Below, piece by piece: positions 25,891 through 29,997 of a stretch of DNA of 29,997 nucleotides. A program made the position numbers and the translations under genes. The notes below the pieces were generated by a model. It did no database searches and was not told where the DNA came from. It saw only the letters and a list, made by a program, of their open reading frames with translations. Within the stretch, counting starts at the first letter, position 1; each line of letters opens with the position of its first letter. Source of the stretch: Nitrospinaceae bacterium (GTDB lineage Bacteria; Nitrospinota; Nitrospinia; Nitrospinales; VA-1); assembly GCA_046754465.1 (NCBI GenBank), contig JBHHVU010000039.1:1-29997 (forward strand), in the 5' to 3' direction.

Positions 25891-27453
25891 GTGAGCTATA
25901 AACCGAACATTGCTCTTGTGGGTGCGGGAGCTTGGGGGAAAAACCTGGCGCGAACCTTTCACGGCCTTAAGGTTCTCAAGGTGGTGTGCGACCCCTCGGA
26001 GGAGGTTTGCCAGGCCAATAAAGAGAAATATCCGGAAATTGAAACGTCCCCTTCGTTCACCGACCTCTTGTCCCGAAAGGATATAGAAGCGATGGTCATC
26101 GCCACTCCGGCGGCGGAGCATTATTCCATGGCGCGGGAGGCCTTGCTGGCCGGGAAGCACGTCTATGTGGAAAAGCCCCTTGCCCTTAACGAGGAACAGG
26201 GAAGGGACCTGGTGGCGATATCCCAAAAAGTGGACCGGATTCTCTTTGTGGGTCACATCCTCCATTACCATCCGGCCATTTTGAAAATCAAGGAAATGAT
26301 CGAAAGAGGGGAATTGGGGAAATTACAATATATCTATTCCAACCGGCTCAATCTGGGTAAGTTCCGGAGGGAGGAAAATATTCTCTGGTCCTTTGCTCCC
26401 CACGATATTTCGGTCATTCTTTCCCTGGTGGATGAGAATCCTTCTTCAGTCACCGCCATTGGTTCCACCATTCTGCATCCCCATATAACGGACACCACCC
26501 TGACGCATTTGAAATTTCCCTGTGGAGTTTCCGCTCACATTTTCGTGTCCTGGCTGCATCCTTTCAAGGAACAAAAACTGATTGTTATAGGTGACCGGAA
26601 GATGGTGGTTTTCGACGATGTCGCCCGGCGGGAAGAAAAGCTGACGGTTTATCCCCACAATATCCGCTGGCAAGGGCAGACCCCCGTGCCCGAAAAAAAA
26701 GAGGGGGTGCCCATCGATTTGTCACGCGATTGGAAGGAACCCCTCCGCGTCGAATGTCAGGCTTTTCTCGATGGAATCGCGGGAAAAAAAATCATCACAG
26801 ACGGCGAGGAAGGCATCAAGGTATTACAGGTGCTGCAACAAGCGCAAGCCAGCCTGGGAAGCTCGCAAGGGGAATCCCTTCCCAAGGATTATTTTTTCCA
26901 CGAATCCAGTTATGTGGATCAGGATTGCACCATCGGGAAGGGGACGAAAATCTGGCATTATTCCCATATCCTCAAGGGATCCCGGATCGGCGAAAAAGTC
27001 AATATCGGCCAGAATGTGGTCATTGGCCCGAACGGGAGAATCGGGAATAACGTGAAAATTCAGAACAACGTTTCGATTTACGAAGGCGTGGTGCTGGAAG
27101 ATGATGTGTTCTGCGGTCCTTCCTGCGTTTTCACCAATGTGATCAATCCACGCAGCGCCATACCCCGGAAACACCTGTTTCAACCGACACTGCTGAAACG
27201 GGGAACGACCATAGGGGCCAATGCCACGATCCTTTGCGGAAATACCATCGGAAAATATTCCTTCGTTGGGGCGGGGTCGGTGGTGACGGGTGACATCCCG
27301 GATTATGCCCTGGTCCAGGGGAACCCGGCGAAAAGGGTGGGCTGGATATGCGAATGCGGCGTCAAACTGAATGAGAACGGAGCCCGGCCGGAATGCGGGG
27401 AATGCGGAAAACAATTTGTCAAAAAGGATGATCGAGTCCAGCCCGTTTCATGA
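25891..27453 (+). CDS. Fusion of a Gfo/Idh/MocA oxidoreductase (WbpB/WlbA-like) and a hexapeptide-repeat N-acetyltransferase (WbpD/WlbB-like)
   Basis: N-terminal VGAGAWG, IATP, HVYVEKP and WSFAPHD. From ~26887: HESSYVD..IGKGTKIWHYSHI, IGQNV, KIQNNVSIYEGV, FCGPSCVFTNVINPRS and GNPAK, ending in CECG..CGEC. Confidence 0.88.
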   Translation: MSYKPNIALVGAGAWGKNLARTFHGLKVLKVVCDPSEEVCQANKEKYPEIETSPSFTDLLSRKDIEAMVIATPAAEHYSMAREALLAGKHVYVEKPLALNEEQGRDLVAISQKVDRILFVGHILHYHPAILKIKEMIERGELGKLQYIYSNRLNLGKFRREENILWSFAPHDISVILSLVDENPSSVTAIGSTILHPHITDTTLTHLKFPCGVSAHIFVSWLHPFKEQKLIVIGDRKMVVFDDVARREEKLTVYPHNIRWQGQTPVPEKKEGVPIDLSRDWKEPLRVECQAFLDGIAGKKIITDGEEGIKVLQVLQQAQASLGSSQGESLPKDYFFHESSYVDQDCTIGKGTKIWHYSHILKGSRIGEKVNIGQNVVIGPNGRIGNNVKIQNNVSIYEGVVLEDDVFCGPSCVFTNVINPRSAIPRKHLFQPTLLKRGTTIGANATILCGNTIGKYSFVGAGSVVTGDIPDYALVQGNPAKRVGWICECGVKLNENGARPECGECGKQFVKKDDRVQPVS

Positions 27454-27473
27454 CCCGGCGCCTCCAGATTTAG

Positions 27474-28613
27474 ATGAAAATACCGTTTTTAAATTTGAGC
27501 TACCAGCACGAACCGATTCAGGATGAAATCGCCGAGACGATTTCCGGGGTCATTCGGGATAACGCCTTTATCCTGGGTGAGGAAGTGCAAAAACTGGAAA
27601 AGCGGATCGCCGGTTACTGCCAGACCGAATTCGCCGTAGGGGTGTCCTCGGGAACCGATGCCTTGCTCATATCATTGATGGCGCTGGGAATCGGGCCGGA
27701 AGATGAGGTCATAACCACTCCGTTTTCGTTTTTCGCCACGGCGGGTTCCATTGTACGCACCGGGGCTCAGCCCGTCTTCGCAGATATCGACCCCGTCACC
27801 TATAACATCGATCCGAAAAAAATTGAAGCCAAGATCACCCCCCACACGCGGGCGATCCTCCCGGTTCATCTCTATGGGCAATGCGCGGACATGGAACCCA
27901 TTCTGGAAATCGCGGAGGCAAGGAAATTGTTCGTCATCGAGGATGCCGCCCAGGCCCTGGGGGCTCAATACCGCGATGGACGCCGGGCCGGAAATTTTGG
28001 GGACCTGGGATGTTTTTCTTTTTTCCCTTCCAAAAATCTGGGCGGATTCGGGGATGGCGGAATGGTGGTCACACAAGATGCCAGAAGGTGGGAGAGAATC
28101 CGCATGTTGCGGGTGCATGGAAGTCAGTCGGAATATAACCACAAATTGATTGGCGGGAATTTCCGGTTGGACAATCTACAGGCCGCGGTGCTGAACGTCA
28201 AAATGACGTTGCTTGAAAAATGGCATCACGAACGCCGGGAAAACGCCAAAAGGTACGAAGCATTGTTCCGGCACGGTTGCCTGGTGGAAAACGGAAAAGT
28301 CCGGCTTCCGCAACCGGTGTACGCCGGGCCGGGGGTTCCCGATTACCATATCTATAACCAGTTTGTCATTCGAGTTCGCGATCGGGATAAATTGCGTGAA
28401 TATTTATTGGCAGAAGGCATCAGCACGAAAGTGTATTATCCCATCCCGTTTCATCTCCAGGAATGCTTTCGCCCGCTTGGCCATAAGGCGGGGGATTTCC
28501 CGGAAGCGGAACTCGCGGCCCGGGAAACCCTGGCTTTGCCGGTATTCCCGGGACTCACCAGCGGTCAGCAGGAATATATCGTCGAGCGGATCGAGGCGTT
28601 TTATGACGGGTGA
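27474..28613 (+). CDS. wbpE: DegT-family aminotransferase, WbpE/WlbC-like
   Basis: SSGTDAL, PVHLYGQ, IEDAAQA, SFFPSKNLGGFGDGG, GGNFRLDNLQAA and YYPIPFHLQ; directly follows the wbpA and wbpB-D genes. Confidence 0.8.
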   Translation: MKIPFLNLSYQHEPIQDEIAETISGVIRDNAFILGEEVQKLEKRIAGYCQTEFAVGVSSGTDALLISLMALGIGPEDEVITTPFSFFATAGSIVRTGAQPVFADIDPVTYNIDPKKIEAKITPHTRAILPVHLYGQCADMEPILEIAEARKLFVIEDAAQALGAQYRDGRRAGNFGDLGCFSFFPSKNLGGFGDGGMVVTQDARRWERIRMLRVHGSQSEYNHKLIGGNFRLDNLQAAVLNVKMTLLEKWHHERRENAKRYEALFRHGCLVENGKVRLPQPVYAGPGVPDYHIYNQFVIRVRDRDKLREYLLAEGISTKVYYPIPFHLQECFRPLGHKAGDFPEAELAARETLALPVFPGLTSGQQEYIVERIEAFYDG

Positions 28614-28706
28614 TGCCCTCCAACGATGCCACCGCTGGGTTGGATGGAAGAAGGGATCCGGGCCGATCCGTCCATTGACCCAACTTGAGAGGAGAGTTCA
28701 TCCTCA

Positions 28707-29735
28707 ATGAAAATTCTTGTGACAGGCGCCGCCGGTTTCATTGGATTCCATACCGCCAAACGTCTTTTGGAGGACGGGCATGACGTGGTTGGGCTGGACA
28801 ATTTGAACCCATATTACTCGGTCGAATTAAAAAATGCCCGGCTGGAAATCTTGAGCGATTTTCCCCAATTTGTTTTCTATAAAAATGATCTGGCGGACAG
28901 CGAGAAGATCGAGAATCTGTTTCAACGGGAAAATCCTCAACGCGTGATCCATTTGGGAGCTCAGGCGGGAGTACGGTATTCCCTGGACCATCCCCGGGCC
29001 TACATTCAGAGCAATGTGATGGGCACCCTGAATATTCTTGAGGCATGCCGGCATCATACCGTGGAGCACTTGGTGTTTGCATCCACCAGTTCCGTTTACG
29101 GACTGAACACCCAATATCCCTTCAGCGTGAGCGGGGGGGCGAACCATCCGGTTTCCCTTTATGGCGCCACCAAAAAAGACAATGAGATGATGGCTCATTC
29201 CTACGCGCATCTTTTCAATTTGCCCACGACTGGGTTGAGGTTTTTTACGGTGTACGGTCCGTGGGGAAGGCCGGATATGGCCCTATTTTTGTTCACCCAA
29301 AATATCCTGGCGGGTAAACCCATCGACGTTTACAACCGGGGGGATATGGTGCGGGATTTCACCTACATCGACGATATCGTGGAAGGAGTGGTGCGGGTAG
29401 TTATGAACCCTCCTGAACCCGATTCCGGCTGGGACGCCAAGGCGCCGGACCCATCCCGGTCCTCCGCCCCTTACCGGCTTTACAACATCGGTTCCAACTC
29501 GCCGGTCCAACTCATGGATTTCATCCGTGAGATCGAGAAAAATTTGGGCATGAAGGCCAAACTGAATTTAATGCCGTTTCAACCCGGGGATTTCCATAAG
29601 TCCCATGCGGATGTATCTAGTCTCATCGAGGACTTCGGCTATCGGCCCAGATTCGATATTCAGACGGGGATCAAGAATTTTATCGACTGGTACATCTCTT
29701 TCTATCCGGGGAAAAAAGCGGCAGCGATCCAATAA
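28707..29735 (+). CDS. NAD-dependent epimerase, UDP-glucuronate 4-epimerase (Uge/CapI/LpsL) type
   Basis: VTGAAGFIG, HLGAQAGVRYSL, ASTSSVYG, YxxxK (LYGATKK), LRFFTVYGPWGRPDMA and RDFTYIDDIV. Confidence 0.9.
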   Translation: MKILVTGAAGFIGFHTAKRLLEDGHDVVGLDNLNPYYSVELKNARLEILSDFPQFVFYKNDLADSEKIENLFQRENPQRVIHLGAQAGVRYSLDHPRAYIQSNVMGTLNILEACRHHTVEHLVFASTSSVYGLNTQYPFSVSGGANHPVSLYGATKKDNEMMAHSYAHLFNLPTTGLRFFTVYGPWGRPDMALFLFTQNILAGKPIDVYNRGDMVRDFTYIDDIVEGVVRVVMNPPEPDSGWDAKAPDPSRSSAPYRLYNIGSNSPVQLMDFIREIEKNLGMKAKLNLMPFQPGDFHKSHADVSSLIEDFGYRPRFDIQTGIKNFIDWYISFYPGKKAAAIQ

Positions 29736-29839
29736 GCCATGAATCTTTTCCATGGGCATCATGGTTTTGACAGATTGCAAATGGATTTAAGACATTTCGT
29801 TCATAAATTTTAAGATCCCAGGAATGCAGGACCTTGGAT

Positions 29840-29997
29840 ATGGCAACCTCATATACTTTTACCGTTTTCACTCCGACATACAACCGGGCCTATACCCTGG
29901 ACCGGGTCTATAACAGTCTGGTTGCTCAGACTTTTCGGGATTTTGAATGGCTGATTGTGGATGACGGCTCGACGGATAACACGAAAGAATTGGTGGA
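29840..29997 (+). CDS. Glycosyltransferase family 2, 5' part (runs off the window end)
   Basis: Not in the ORF track. Manual translation from ATG 29840 gives MATSYTFTVFTPTYNRAYTLDRVYNSLVAQTFRDFEWLIVDDGSTDNTKELV, the canonical GT2 N-terminus. Confidence 0.88.
   Translation, partial: MATSYTFTVFTPTYNRAYTLDRVYNSLVAQTFRDFEWLIVDDGSTDNTKELV

Noticed and set aside
1..29997. CRISPR array, tRNA/rRNA, transposase or phage genes
   Set aside because: No regularly spaced repeats, cloverleaf or rRNA signatures, or mobile-element protein motifs seen on reading. A covariance-model scan would be needed to exclude small RNAs formally.

Overview
Bacterial chromosomal window with no rRNA, tRNA, CRISPR array or transposase that I can support. 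It has three parts. (1) mqnE, then a chemotaxis-like cluster cheY-cheX-cheA-cheW with a convergent cheB, and no chemoreceptor or cheR in the window. (2) A small housekeeping block: hypothetical protein, tandem-ACT protein, peptide deformylase, a lipoprotein and an MscS channel. (3) The first ~17.5 kb of a surface polysaccharide locus: DegT aminotransferase, Wzc, outer-membrane beta-barrel, a Wza/OPX lacking the C-terminal helix, a phosphoglycosyl transferase-CapD/PglF fusion, wbpA, a wbpB-wbpD fusion, wbpE, a uronate 4-epimerase and a partial GT2. The most striking feature is CheA. It carries a complete group I (2/2) truncated hemoglobin domain (about residues 159-275; Tyr B10, Phe CD1, Leu E7, Lys E10, Gln E11, proximal His F8) between the Hpt and dimerization domains, where the CheY-binding P2 domain normally sits. 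This suggests a chemosensory kinase that senses O2/NO/CO directly through heme. Gene content would fit a Nitrospinota- or Desulfobacterota-like organism, but that is inference only. All family calls come from motif recognition, not from database searches.
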